IMG/VR virus record: IMGVR_UViG_3300026077_000001
Source of the DNA: a virus
Lineage: Duplodnaviria; Caudoviricetes
Strand: one strand, 5' to 3'
Length of the DNA: 64,000 nucleotides
Numbering within the stretch: the stretch's first letter is position 1; every line of letters starts with the position of its first letter. The notes below the pieces were generated by a model. That model saw only the letters and a program-made list of their open reading frames with translations, did not search any database and was not told the DNA's origin. Below, one piece after another: positions 19,217 through 27,749 of the stretch. Both the position numbers and the translations under genes were made by a program.

Positions 19217-20357
19217 TGTCCAAGGTGTGACTGTATTCAATCGTGAGAATCACGACAATACTAAACAACCAATGTTCTTTGGTAAACCCTTGGGTGTACA
19301 GAGGTACGATGAGTACAAGTACCCTGTATTTGATAAGTTAACAACACAAATGTTAGGTTATTTCTGGAGACCTGAAGAAGTTTCATTACAGAAAGACAGA
19401 GCAGACTATACACAGTTAACTTCAGCACAAAAACATATATTTACAAGCAATTTAAAGTACCAGATACTACTTGACTCAGTACAAGGACGTGCACCTGGTA
19501 TGGCATTCTTACCTTACGTAGCACTACCTGAACTAGAAGGTGCTATGAATGTATGGCAGTTTATGGAGACTATCCATAGCAGATCATACACTTATATTAT
19601 TAAGAACGTATACCCAGATCCATCAGAGGTCTTCGATACTATTCTTGAAGATGAAAGGATTATGTCACGTGCAGAGTCAGTCACTAGAGCATATGATGAG
19701 TTCATTCAACTTGCAAGTGAGTGGGGTCAGAGTAATAACTGGAGAGACGATTGGCGAGATCATATCAATGCACAATGGACTAAGAAAGATCTAAAACGTG
19801 CATTGTATCGTGCAATTATGAATGTTAATATCCTTGAGGGTATTAGATTCTACGTATCATTTGCTTGTAGCTTTGCCTTCGGTGAACTAAAGTTTATGGA
19901 AGGAAGTGCAAAGATCATTAGTTTAATTTCACGAGATGAGTCACAGCATCTTGTACTCACACAACAGATCCTAAAGTATTGGGATCAAGGTGATGATCCT
20001 GTGATGAATGAGATTATTGAAGAGGAAAAGGATAACGTAATCAATATGTTTAAGAACGCAGTCGAAGAGGAGAAGGAGTGGGCAGAGTATCTCTTTAAAG
20101 ATGGTACTATGATTGGTCTTAATGCTAGACTGCTAGAGAAATATGTTGAGTGGATTGCTAACAAGCGTATGAAAGCAGTAGGTATTGCACCTATCTACGA
20201 TGTACCTGCACGTAACAATCCATTACCTTGGACAGAGCATTGGTTGAACTCTAAAGGTCAACAGAATGCACCACAGGAAACAGAGATTGAATCTTATGTT
20301 GTCGGTGGTATCAAACAAGACGTTAAGAAGGACACTTTCTCAGGATTTAAGTTATGA
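19191..20357 (+). CDS. nrdB: Ribonucleotide reductase class Ia beta subunit
   Basis: FWRPEEV, ETIHSRSY, RDESQH, PQETE. Confidence 0.98.
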   Translation: MTVSPAKSDVQGVTVFNRENHDNTKQPMFFGKPLGVQRYDEYKYPVFDKLTTQMLGYFWRPEEVSLQKDRADYTQLTSAQKHIFTSNLKYQILLDSVQGRAPGMAFLPYVALPELEGAMNVWQFMETIHSRSYTYIIKNVYPDPSEVFDTILEDERIMSRAESVTRAYDEFIQLASEWGQSNNWRDDWRDHINAQWTKKDLKRALYRAIMNVNILEGIRFYVSFACSFAFGELKFMEGSAKIISLISRDESQHLVLTQQILKYWDQGDDPVMNEIIEEEKDNVINMFKNAVEEEKEWAEYLFKDGTMIGLNARLLEKYVEWIANKRMKAVGIAPIYDVPARNNPLPWTEHWLNSKGQQNAPQETEIESYVVGGIKQDVKKDTFSGFKL

Positions 20358-20635
20358 TTTTTTGGATTGGATTCTTCGTTATGTTTTTTAACGAAGGTTT
20401 TGTTATGATGAGACACGTGTCACCTTGGTTTGCAAGACGTAGACAAGGTTTCATTGATAAATTTGGTGAGAATATATGGTATAGGTTCCACGGTACATTA
20501 GATTATGTTTGGATGGGACTAGTCACACTAGGATTAATAGTTAACTCTCACAGAGTACTACACATAATGGTGTTACTAACATTCTGGACTTTAGCTTGGA
20601 TGATATTTTATCTACCGAGGTGGATCAAGAGATGA
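20354..20635 (+). CDS. Hypothetical membrane protein
   Basis: Several hydrophobic stretches; coupled to nrdB. Confidence 0.65.
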   Translation: MIFWIGFFVMFFNEGFVMMRHVSPWFARRRQGFIDKFGENIWYRFHGTLDYVWMGLVTLGLIVNSHRVLHIMVLLTFWTLAWMIFYLPRWIKR

Positions 20636-21192
20636 CTTCTTATGTAAATCTTACTCTACCTATTTTTGAGTTTATATTACCTCAGAAATGTATTGATGAA
20701 GCAAATGAAGTCATTGATAACTGGAAACAATCAGGTGAACCTGCACCAGAAATATCAAACGTAAGAGCAAAACAAACGCAGTGTAACCTACAGATGCCTA
20801 AGACTGTAGAGTTCACTGCTTTATGTTGTAAGATGATATCTAATCTAGTTTATAATGCTGGTGGTAGAGTCTATGGAGGACTCAATGATGGCACCAATGA
20901 TATAGAATACATTGCACGTGACTGTTGGGGTATTGATTATTCTCCTGGAGATTATACTGTACCTCACAATCATTTTCCAGCAGACTTCTCTGCTGTAGGA
21001 TTCTTAAAACTAGAAGAGGGATGTTCCCCTGTTAGATTTCACGGTGCAGGTATGTTTATGGACTGTACTTTCCAACCATCAGAGAGACAGTTAATTATAT
21101 TTGATGGCAAGATTCTTCATAGTGTTCCACCTACTTCTGCTGAACGTAGAGTGGTAGCATTAAATTTGTTTAAAGAACCAGGTACTTATTAA
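20632..21192 (+). CDS. Putative 2OG-Fe(II) oxygenase
   Basis: PHNH, LHSVPP, RRVVALN. Confidence 0.72.
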   Translation: MTSYVNLTLPIFEFILPQKCIDEANEVIDNWKQSGEPAPEISNVRAKQTQCNLQMPKTVEFTALCCKMISNLVYNAGGRVYGGLNDGTNDIEYIARDCWGIDYSPGDYTVPHNHFPADFSAVGFLKLEEGCSPVRFHGAGMFMDCTFQPSERQLIIFDGKILHSVPPTSAERRVVALNLFKEPGTY

Positions 21193-21824
21193 TGTTTTAC
21201 ATAGGTGAGGTTCCTAAGTCTATTAGTGAACCAGTTAAAGCAAGGTTACTACACAACCCTTATTGGCCTTGGTTTATGCAAACAGAAACCACGTCATACG
21301 ATAAGGAGTTTAGTACCTCTATACCTGATGAATTATCAAGTGAGAACCCACAGTTTATGCACACTGTACTCAATACATTAGGTGAGATAGTATCACCTGA
21401 TGGGTATGAGAGAGTATGTGAACCAGTGTGGAAGTGGATAGTATCTAACACAGAGATGCCTGAGTTCGCAGACTTCAGAAGAATAAAAATTAATCTTGCA
21501 CCTAGAAGAGAATCTAATACCCTCTACCATACTCCTCACGTTGACTTTGACCAACCACACTGGACTATCATTTACTATGTGAATGACTCTGATGGTCCAA
21601 CATTCTTCTTCAAACAAAGGTACGATGGTACCAGACAAAAATTACAAATAGAACAGAAGATTGAACCTAGACAGGGTAGGTTCGTTCTGTTTGATGGATT
21701 GCAGTATCACACGAGTAGCAATCCGCAATACAATGATATGAGATGCGTAATCAATTTCAATTACACCTCAAGTTCCTCCGACAACTTAAACAGGAGCTTA
21801 GACGTGAACCCAGAGAACCATTGA
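21192..21824 (+). CDS. 2OG-Fe(II) oxygenase
   Basis: PHVD, IYYVNDSDG, YH, RCVINFN. Confidence 0.82.
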   Translation: MFYIGEVPKSISEPVKARLLHNPYWPWFMQTETTSYDKEFSTSIPDELSSENPQFMHTVLNTLGEIVSPDGYERVCEPVWKWIVSNTEMPEFADFRRIKINLAPRRESNTLYHTPHVDFDQPHWTIIYYVNDSDGPTFFFKQRYDGTRQKLQIEQKIEPRQGRFVLFDGLQYHTSSNPQYNDMRCVINFNYTSSSSDNLNRSLDVNPENH

Positions 21825-21940
21825 CACCTGACTTTTATAAGAAGATGCATAAGTTAAAACCAAAAGGTTCACGCAGATACAAAAAGTAGTTTTAGCTACA
21901 AAAGTTGCTAAATAGTTGTGCATATGCTAACATATGCATA

Positions 21941-22157
21941 CGTTCGCCCTTCGGGGTGCAAGTAGGTCACGGAACGGAGCGTTCATCCTGATGATTCCTA
22001 TTCTATTAGCCACTTCTATATCTTGTTCTGATGCTAATGTTCTTATCGATAAGATAAACACATTTAATGTTGATGAAGAAGTACGTGCTGAAATGATTCA
22101 GGTCGTAAAGGAAGAGGTAGACTGGTGTAATTGGGACGCAAATGTCTGAAGGAACGG
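21941..22157 (+). ncRNA. Tandem glnA-type (glutamine riboswitch-like) aptamers
   Basis: Unit 1: CGTTC(21941)/GAACG(21972) with GCCC-TTCG-GGGT hairpin and GCAAGTA. Unit 2: CGTTC(21980)...GCAAA..CTGAAGGAACG(22156). Upstream of DUF4278 gene; matched to consensus from memory. Confidence 0.6.
21991..22149 (+). CDS. 52-aa ORF nested in the riboswitch-like element
   Basis: MIPILLATS...CNWDANV*; stop codon lies within CTGAAGG. Confidence 0.6.
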   Translation: MIPILLATSISCSDANVLIDKINTFNVDEEVRAEMIQVVKEEVDWCNWDANV

Positions 22158-22189
22158 GGCTAAAAATCCTACTACTTTGGAGTAAAACA

Positions 22190-22324
22190 ATGGCAAAAGT
22201 CATCTACCGTGGTGTCGAGTACGACACTAAAGAGTACAACGCTAAGGTTCTCGATGAGAATTCAAAGCGTAACAGACACGATCTAATGTATCGTGGACTG
22301 AAGGTTCAAAAAGCATACGCTTAA
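22190..22324 (+). CDS. DUF4278-family small protein (44 aa)
   Basis: Two YRG motifs (IYRGVEY, MYRGL); GGAG ribosome-binding site. Confidence 0.8.
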   Translation: MAKVIYRGVEYDTKEYNAKVLDENSKRNRHDLMYRGLKVQKAYA

Positions 22325-22363
22325 CCTGTACCACCGACTTAGAACAGTCTATGTCAGTAATCA

Positions 22364-22393
22364 AAGAGATCCCTTGATGGATCTCTTTTTTTG
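22364..22393 (+). terminator. Rho-independent terminator
   Basis: AAGAGATCC-loop-GGATCTCTT then T-run. Confidence 0.85.
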
Positions 22394-22425
22394 TGGTAAT
22401 ATATAATCTAAAGATATAAGCACCT

Positions 22426-23097
22426 ATGAAACTATTCCTCGACTGTTCGGATCCTGATCTTATAGGTCACGCACTTGAAACTGGTCTTGTGGATGGTGTT
22501 ACCACTAACCCAACTCTGATGAAGAAGTTGGGACAAGATCCACAAGAAGTTATTAAACGTATTGCAGAGATGTTTCCTTGGGATGCATCCATATCTGCTG
22601 AAGTTGTTGGTCAGAATGCTGACGAGATGCTAGAGATGGCATCCCAGTACATTAGGATCGCACCTAACATTACTATTAAACTACCTTGCTCACGTGAGGG
22701 ATTGATTGCTTGTGGTGATCTAACTGGTGATGATATTTCAACCAATGTTACTCTAGTATTTTCTCCTGCACAAGCAGTTCTTGCTGCTAAGGCAGGTGCT
22801 AGTTACATCTCACCTTTCATAGGAAGGGTTGCAGATCAATACTGGGATGGACTATCTCTTATAAAAGATATCCGTAAAATTTATGATCGTAATGATGTTA
22901 CAACTCAAATCCTTGCTGCAAGTATTAGGAACCCCATTGATGTACCCAATGCCTTTGGAGTGGGTGCTGACGTATGTACTTTACCGTACGACATATTCAA
23001 CAAACTATTTGACCATTGTTTAACTACAGCAGGTCTTGAAGCCTTTGATAAAGATTGGGCACAACTAATGGAAGATTTACTACCTGAAGATGAGTGA
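22426..23097 (+). CDS. talC: Transaldolase (TalC/FSA type)
   Basis: DGVTTNP, TIKLP, NVTLVFS, YISPFIGR, LAASIR. Confidence 0.96.
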   Translation: MKLFLDCSDPDLIGHALETGLVDGVTTNPTLMKKLGQDPQEVIKRIAEMFPWDASISAEVVGQNADEMLEMASQYIRIAPNITIKLPCSREGLIACGDLTGDDISTNVTLVFSPAQAVLAAKAGASYISPFIGRVADQYWDGLSLIKDIRKIYDRNDVTTQILAASIRNPIDVPNAFGVGADVCTLPYDIFNKLFDHCLTTAGLEAFDKDWAQLMEDLLPEDE

Positions 23098-23590
23098 ACT
23101 AAAAGAATTACTAAGAGAGTATGCCTATAAGAAGGGAGAATTTGTTCTCTCTTCTGGTATGACTAGTCAGCATTATGTTAATTGCAAACCATTGATCCTT
23201 ACATCTGTAGGATTGAATCTTGTTTGTGATGAGATGCTTAAGTACATTGACACTGCCTGTGTAGCAGGTCTTACCCTAGGTGCTGACCCATTAGTGTCAG
23301 GTCTAGTGGTGAAAGGAAAGAGTGGTTTGATTATTAGGAAGGAACCTAAAGGACACGGTACTGCATCACAAGTAGAAGGACCATTACCTCCAATAGGAAC
23401 TACCATTACTGTTGTAGAAGATGTCACCACTACAGGTGGATCATCACTCAAAGCAGTTCAAGTCCTAAGAGATCTAGAGTACCACGTTGATCGTGTTGTT
23501 ACAATCGTTGACAGAGAAGACTGTGCTAAGGATAGGTTCTTGACAGAGGGTGTAGAATTAAAGAGTCTTATAACCCTTAGTGAATTATGA
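23090..23590 (+). CDS. pyrE: Orotate phosphoribosyltransferase
   Basis: LSSGMTSQHY, RKEPKGHG, VVEDVTTTGGS. Confidence 0.95.
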   Translation: MSELKELLREYAYKKGEFVLSSGMTSQHYVNCKPLILTSVGLNLVCDEMLKYIDTACVAGLTLGADPLVSGLVVKGKSGLIIRKEPKGHGTASQVEGPLPPIGTTITVVEDVTTTGGSSLKAVQVLRDLEYHVDRVVTIVDREDCAKDRFLTEGVELKSLITLSEL

Positions 23591-23691
23591 AGAGTGATAC
23601 TCTCTTGAAGATCTACCTAGCAGCTAAGGTTAGGAAGAAACCTAAGTACTCACCCCCTCGCAAGTCACACAACGTGGCTTTATATGGATGA
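23587..23691 (+). CDS. Small basic hypothetical protein (34 aa)
   Basis: ATGA overlaps on both sides. Confidence 0.45.
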   Translation: MKSDTLLKIYLAAKVRKKPKYSPPRKSHNVALYG

Positions 23692-23855
23692 AGTGGCAAG
23701 TAAAGTTCTTGTACGAAGGTACAGAGTATGCTATGGTAGTAGAAACTTCCTTCAAACACGAGGCTAATAAGTTAGCTAAGACTATGGTAAGGAAGATAGA
23801 CGGTATCAACATTGAACCTATTGGAGAACCTACATTATGGACAGAGAAAGAGTAA
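23688..23855 (+). CDS. Small hypothetical protein (55 aa)
   Basis: Translationally coupled ORF MKWQVKFLYEG... Confidence 0.5.
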   Translation: MKWQVKFLYEGTEYAMVVETSFKHEANKLAKTMVRKIDGINIEPIGEPTLWTEKE

Positions 23856-23980
23856 AGGAAATTATCAGGCAACTGAAAACCATCACCTTCGAACTTGAAT
23901 CAGAGGTCTGGTCTGACGTGGATAAATACACACAAGGACCAAACATTATGATCGGTGATGACAACGACGGAGAGTACTAA
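23837..23980 (+). CDS. Small conserved cyanophage protein (47 aa)
   Basis: MDRERVKEII..LESEVWSDVDKY pattern. Confidence 0.6.
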   Translation: MDRERVKEIIRQLKTITFELESEVWSDVDKYTQGPNIMIGDDNDGEY

Positions 23981-24422
23981 TGAAAAACCTTTGGAAGGAG
24001 ATTATGAGAACCCCTGGTACTACAAAGGTACAGCTTTCACTTCTGACGATATTGGCGACGAGTTCGGTTTTGTCTACAGGATTACAAATCTCATCACGGG
24101 TCGGCAATACATCGGAAGGAAGTACTTCATCCAACGTAGAAAGCCTAGAGGTGGGGTCAGGCGTGTTTCGTCTGAGAGTGACTGGAAAAAATACTACGGC
24201 AGTTCTCCAGAGCTTACAGCAGACATTAAAGAATTTGGACGGAACTCTTTCAGCAGGGAGATCCTATCTCTACATTCCACAAAAGGAAGAGTAAATTTCG
24301 AAGAGACAAGACAACTGTTTATAAATAACGTTTTAACAGAGGCAGCTTCCGATGGGAATCCTGCCTTTTATAATAGCAACATCCTAGGTAGGTACTACCG
24401 TAAGGATTATTTTAAGGCTTGA
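23955..24422 (+). CDS. Free-standing GIY-YIG endonuclease-like protein (start uncertain)
   Basis: GFVYRITN...YIGRK, YYGSS. Confidence 0.85.
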   Translation: MMTTTESTNEKPLEGDYENPWYYKGTAFTSDDIGDEFGFVYRITNLITGRQYIGRKYFIQRRKPRGGVRRVSSESDWKKYYGSSPELTADIKEFGRNSFSREILSLHSTKGRVNFEETRQLFINNVLTEAASDGNPAFYNSNILGRYYRKDYFKA

Positions 24423-24434
24423 AATCGGGATAGG

Positions 24435-24534
24435 TATAAATACTCTGGTATGCTGACAATAGTATAGGTATAATTACCGAACCTTGACAAAGTGTCAGGG
24501 AATGCTATATATTATTGTTACGTTTCTTAACAAA
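24435..24534 (+). promoter_or_regulatory. hli promoter region: late TATAAATA, sigma70 TTGACA/TATATA and HLR1-like repeat
   Basis: TATAAATA 24435; TTGACA 24484; GTTACGTT-TC-TTAACAAA 24517-24534. Confidence 0.6.
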
Positions 24535-24537
24535 CGA

Positions 24538-24753
24538 ATGACAACTTCCACAAATTCAGTTGGTAGGTATACTACCACCGAATATGGCAAGCAGAATATA
24601 TTTGCTGCTGAGCCAGAGATGTCCTACGTAGAAAACTACGAAGGATATGGGAAGAATGCCGAGCAACTCAATGGTCGCCTAGCGATGATTGGATTCTTTG
24701 CTTTAGTACATAACTACATCTTATTCGGTGCAGTTATTCCAGGCATCTTCTAA
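24538..24753 (+). CDS. hli: High-light inducible protein
   Basis: AEQLNGRLAMIG. Confidence 0.93.
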   Translation: MTTSTNSVGRYTTTEYGKQNIFAAEPEMSYVENYEGYGKNAEQLNGRLAMIGFFALVHNYILFGAVIPGIF

Positions 24754-24825
24754 GACTATAGGTCTTTACACCACGAGCATAAGCTCGTCACTTTTAACCC
24801 TCAAATCTAAAAAGGAGCAAAAACA

Positions 24826-24933
24826 ATGACACCAGAAGCAGAAAAGTTTAATGGTTGGGCAGCAATGATTGGATTCGTTGCAGCATTCGGAGCATACGCA
24901 ACCACAGGTCAAATCATCCCAGGTATATTCTAA
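24826..24933 (+). CDS. hli: High-light inducible protein (35 aa, absent from ORF track)
   Basis: MTPEAEKFNGWAAMIGFVAAFGAYATTGQIIPGIF; AAGGAG RBS. Confidence 0.95.
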   Translation: MTPEAEKFNGWAAMIGFVAAFGAYATTGQIIPGIF

Positions 24934-25043
24934 TGAGTAACGACACTCAAGCAGATATCTGGTTCAGAGCAAACGGAAGGTTCACTATGGTGGCTTTCTG
25001 GGTAGGGATAGCTCTGTACACGAAGTACACTTACTTCAGTTAA
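24933..25043 (+). CDS. hli: Divergent HLIP-like peptide (36 aa)
   Basis: FRANGRFTMVAF; lacks the conserved Glu. Confidence 0.65.
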   Translation: MSNDTQADIWFRANGRFTMVAFWVGIALYTKYTYFS

Positions 25044-25046
25044 ACA

Positions 25047-25238
25047 ATGGGTGATCTAGCAGTCAACGAAATATCACCCTTCGTTGCTGTCCTCTGGGTT
25101 TTATATCCAATGGCAGCACTTGTATTCATTGAGTTGTTACTCCGAGCATTGGGTAATGATGATGACGATGATACATCTGGAGGTAAGGGTATACGTGTTA
25201 CTCAGATGCAACCTGTAACGGTACCATCAGGAGCGTAA
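25047..25238 (+). CDS. Small membrane protein with acidic tail
   Basis: TM helix then DDDDD..GGK. Confidence 0.7.
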   Translation: MGDLAVNEISPFVAVLWVLYPMAALVFIELLLRALGNDDDDDTSGGKGIRVTQMQPVTVPSGA

Positions 25239-25239
25239 A

Positions 25240-25317
25240 ATGTATCAAGCACTATTTTTGTTAACTGTAATTGCCTATGTTTGGATCCCAAGCATCAGTC
25301 AGTTCGCTTACCAATGA
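25240..25317 (+). CDS. Very small hydrophobic ORF (25 aa)
   Basis: GGAG RBS; coupled to next ORF. Confidence 0.45.
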   Translation: MYQALFLLTVIAYVWIPSISQFAYQ

Positions 25318-25415
25318 CATTCAACAGAATAATGATGAGTCCCTATAGGGATCTTATTGAATTTGGTTTTCTAGTTTCAATTGGAATCACTGCTGGTTCT
25401 ATGGGTCTAGTATAA
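25314..25415 (+). CDS. Small hydrophobic ORF (33 aa)
   Basis: PYRDLIEFGFLVSIGITAGSMGLV. Confidence 0.5.
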   Translation: MTFNRIMMSPYRDLIEFGFLVSIGITAGSMGLV

Positions 25416-25424
25416 TCAAGATAC

Positions 25425-25454
25425 AAAAACCTTCTCTTAACGAGGAGGTTTTTT
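25425..25454 (+). terminator. Rho-independent terminator
   Basis: AAAAACCTTCTC-loop-GAGGAGGTTTTTT. Confidence 0.8.
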
Positions 25455-25492
25455 GATGCTATAATAAATAACAATGAATTGTTTTATATTCA

Positions 25493-25783
25493 ATGGCGAC
25501 TGTAACTTTTAAAGCAACAGATGGTTCGACAGAATCATTTGAGTGTGCTGCAGACGAGTACATACTTGATGCTGCTGAAGAAGCAGGTATCGACCATCCT
25601 TATTCTTGTAGAGCAGGTGCTTGTAGCACGTGTGCAGGTAAGGTAATAGAAGGTACAGTTAATCAAGAAGATCAATCCTTCTTAGATGAAGAACAGATAG
25701 AAAAAGGTTTCGTACTAACGTGCGTAGCATATCCTCTATCTGATGTCACTATTCTGACTGAACAGGAGGAGCATCTTTACTAA
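25493..25783 (+). CDS. petF: Plant-type [2Fe-2S] ferredoxin
   Basis: CRAGACSTC...LTCVAYP. Confidence 0.97.
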   Translation: MATVTFKATDGSTESFECAADEYILDAAEEAGIDHPYSCRAGACSTCAGKVIEGTVNQEDQSFLDEEQIEKGFVLTCVAYPLSDVTILTEQEEHLY

Positions 25784-25932
25784 TGGATGAACATCACGTA
25801 AATGATCTATGGGAAGATATGGATCGTCTGAATTCTCTTTATGAAGAATTAATGTGGGACCACGAGGACGAGTTGCAATTTACTATCGAAGGTAATAAGA
25901 TAGTGATAACAAACAAATCTATAGAAGAATGA
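25783..25932 (+). CDS. Small acidic hypothetical protein (49 aa)
   Basis: TAATG coupling to petF. Confidence 0.6.
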   Translation: MDEHHVNDLWEDMDRLNSLYEELMWDHEDELQFTIEGNKIVITNKSIEE

Positions 25933-26099
25933 AACGAACTTACAGTTTACAACTTGAAGAGAAACCAGATCACTGGATCACTTTAAGGAAGTATTGTGGA
26001 CTGTCTGAAACTAAAGCAAACTTCTATATAAATCTTTGTAACTTTGGTAAAGACTACGTTCCCTATTACAAAAATGTGAGGATGATTAATGACTTATAA
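25929..26099 (+). CDS. Small hypothetical protein (56 aa)
   Basis: ATGA coupling. Confidence 0.5.
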   Translation: MKRTYSLQLEEKPDHWITLRKYCGLSETKANFYINLCNFGKDYVPYYKNVRMINDL

Positions 26100-26364
26100 A
26101 ATCACAGATGAAATCCTTGACCTACGTAAACGATGTTTACAGGACTGCGTTGATCGCAAAGGGTTGCTAGACTATAATGACTATGCCTTTTGTGATTGGG
26201 TCATAGATTCAGGAGAATATAAACAACTCAGAGAGGATGAGATCTGTTTCAGGTCTGACCTCGCAAGTTTATACATTAAATGGTATTACAATGCCAGACC
26301 AAAATCGCAAACAAACACGGAAAGCAGCGAAGAAAATCATCCGCTTGGCAAAAGAACATCCTGA
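26089..26364 (+). CDS. Hypothetical protein
   Basis: ORF track; 3' end overlaps next gene by ~75 nt. Confidence 0.45.
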   Translation: MTYKITDEILDLRKRCLQDCVDRKGLLDYNDYAFCDWVIDSGEYKQLREDEICFRSDLASLYIKWYYNARPKSQTNTESSEENHPLGKRTS

Positions 26365-26443
26365 TTGGTATACCAAACAAGATGTTTACTATGCAAAGAT
26401 GATTAAGAAACAAACTAAAAAAGACAAACCTAAAGATGATTGA
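26291..26443 (+). CDS. Small basic conserved cyanophage protein
   Basis: KAAKKII..AKEHPDWY..DV.YAKM. Confidence 0.65.
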   Translation: MPDQNRKQTRKAAKKIIRLAKEHPDWYTKQDVYYAKMIKKQTKKDKPKDD

Positions 26444-26783
26444 GTGGTTATTCCTAGCATTTATGTTCACCCTGTTCATTCTCGCATTGAGATTGATGTC
26501 ACAGGGATGGGATGCTGCACAGCAATTAGGTAGTGGAAAAATTGTAGAGTCAACAACTCAGGTAACACGACCACCTCATCCAGAAATGAAGGATGTACAA
26601 CCAGGTGAAGAGTTAATGGTCGTACAATTTACTCCCGACGAGGAGTTCAAAAGAAAAGTACTGACATCGGATTCTAATTTACAACAGTCCCTTAAGGAAC
26701 GTATCAATGATCTCAATGATCCGTGGTATGATGACGAGGATGATGACGATGACGGTGACGTTCCAGCAATTATTAAACGCTAA
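26436..26783 (+). CDS. DUF2973-like membrane-anchored protein
   Basis: N-terminal TM, HPEM, ELMVVQF, acidic tail. Confidence 0.6.
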   Translation: MIEWLFLAFMFTLFILALRLMSQGWDAAQQLGSGKIVESTTQVTRPPHPEMKDVQPGEELMVVQFTPDEEFKRKVLTSDSNLQQSLKERINDLNDPWYDDEDDDDDGDVPAIIKR

Positions 26784-27031
26784 TGATTTTTTTATCTTGC
26801 CCACCAGTGTATCACTTACCTGGTACTTGGACTAAGTGTAAAACACCTCTAGTCAATCACCTAACTTTGACACCTGATCAAGGGTTCATACTATTTTTAG
26901 TATTATTTACTCTCACCTTAGTGGGTGTTGGTATATACAGTACCTTTGGTCCTGGTAAAAAGAAACTTAGGGATCCTATTGATGAACACTCTAAGCTTCA
27001 CGAGCTTGGCATTGCACATCGTCACGACTAA
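26783..27031 (+). CDS. PsbN-like small membrane protein, copy 2
   Basis: YSTFGPGKKKLRDPIDEH; shares [16 protein letters not shown] with copy 1. Confidence 0.7.
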   Translation: MIFLSCPPVYHLPGTWTKCKTPLVNHLTLTPDQGFILFLVLFTLTLVGVGIYSTFGPGKKKLRDPIDEHSKLHELGIAHRHD

Positions 27032-27055
27032 ATAAAATTAGTTTCACTTCTTACT

Positions 27056-27352
27056 ATGACAAACTCACAGCCTGATCCTGTAACAGGTCAGAACATTAAT
27101 ATAGATATTGGTAATGCTGCTGACACTTTCACAGTGGATACTAGTAATCTAGATTTAGGTGTTGATCCTGCGTATCAAACTGATCCATTGGCATACGTGC
27201 CACCAGTTGATCCACGTCTCAACGAAATCCATCAGCACTTACACGAGATCAATCAGAAAGTTGATCATATATTAGAGCATTTACATCAACCTCTTACTGG
27301 TACAGTAACGATTGATTGTCCACCTAAGACCCCTGCAGGTCTAGAAGAGTAA
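27056..27352 (+). CDS. Hypothetical protein
   Basis: ORF after TAAATA; short coiled segment. Confidence 0.6.
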   Translation: MTNSQPDPVTGQNINIDIGNAADTFTVDTSNLDLGVDPAYQTDPLAYVPPVDPRLNEIHQHLHEINQKVDHILEHLHQPLTGTVTIDCPPKTPAGLEE

Positions 27353-27603
27353 TGCCCTTACCAGAGATTCCTTATGATGAATGGTTTGATAACAGAATAA
27401 ACCCATTAGATCTTATGCCAATAGCAACAGACGAACCATTAGACACATCACCATCAGAGATTCAACCACCTGGTGTTGATCAGGAACCTGAAGAAACAAT
27501 ACACGAGAAGATGTATAGGATTGCTACTGATAAGTACAATCCTTTCTCTGTAGGAGGAACAGAGCAGTTGGGTGGCGGTTCAGAAACCGTCCACAAGGCT
27601 TGA
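27352..27603 (+). CDS. Hypothetical acidic protein
   Basis: TAATG coupling. Confidence 0.6.
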   Translation: MPLPEIPYDEWFDNRINPLDLMPIATDEPLDTSPSEIQPPGVDQEPEETIHEKMYRIATDKYNPFSVGGTEQLGGGSETVHKA

Positions 27604-27634
27604 CAAAGTGCTTAACATTTTGTTACTATAAATA
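27600..27634 (+). promoter_or_regulatory. psbA dual promoter (sigma70 plus T4 late)
   Basis: TTGACA 27600, TGn-TACTAT 27621-27629, overlapping TATAAATA 27627-27634. Confidence 0.75.
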
Positions 27635-27665
27635 TATCGGGTGAGGGTTTCCTCATCTTTTTCAT

Positions 27666-27720
27666 CTTACCCCTAACCAAGACCACGGGGATTCCCGAAA
27701 GGGATTAGTCTTTTCATATC
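27666..27720 (+). ncRNA. PhotoRC-II RNA motif in psbA 5' UTR
   Basis: TACCCCTAACCAAGACCACGGGG...TAGTCTTTTCATA pseudoknot-like pattern directly upstream of psbA; matched from memory. Confidence 0.75.
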
Positions 27721-27749
27721 TGTTCACTTTAAACGTTCTCTTAATTCAG

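Noticed and set aside
16874-20357. Inteins or introns in nrdA/nrdB (also gp41, gp43, psbA)
   Set aside because: Lengths are normal, reading frames continuous, and no splicing motifs or embedded endonuclease were seen.
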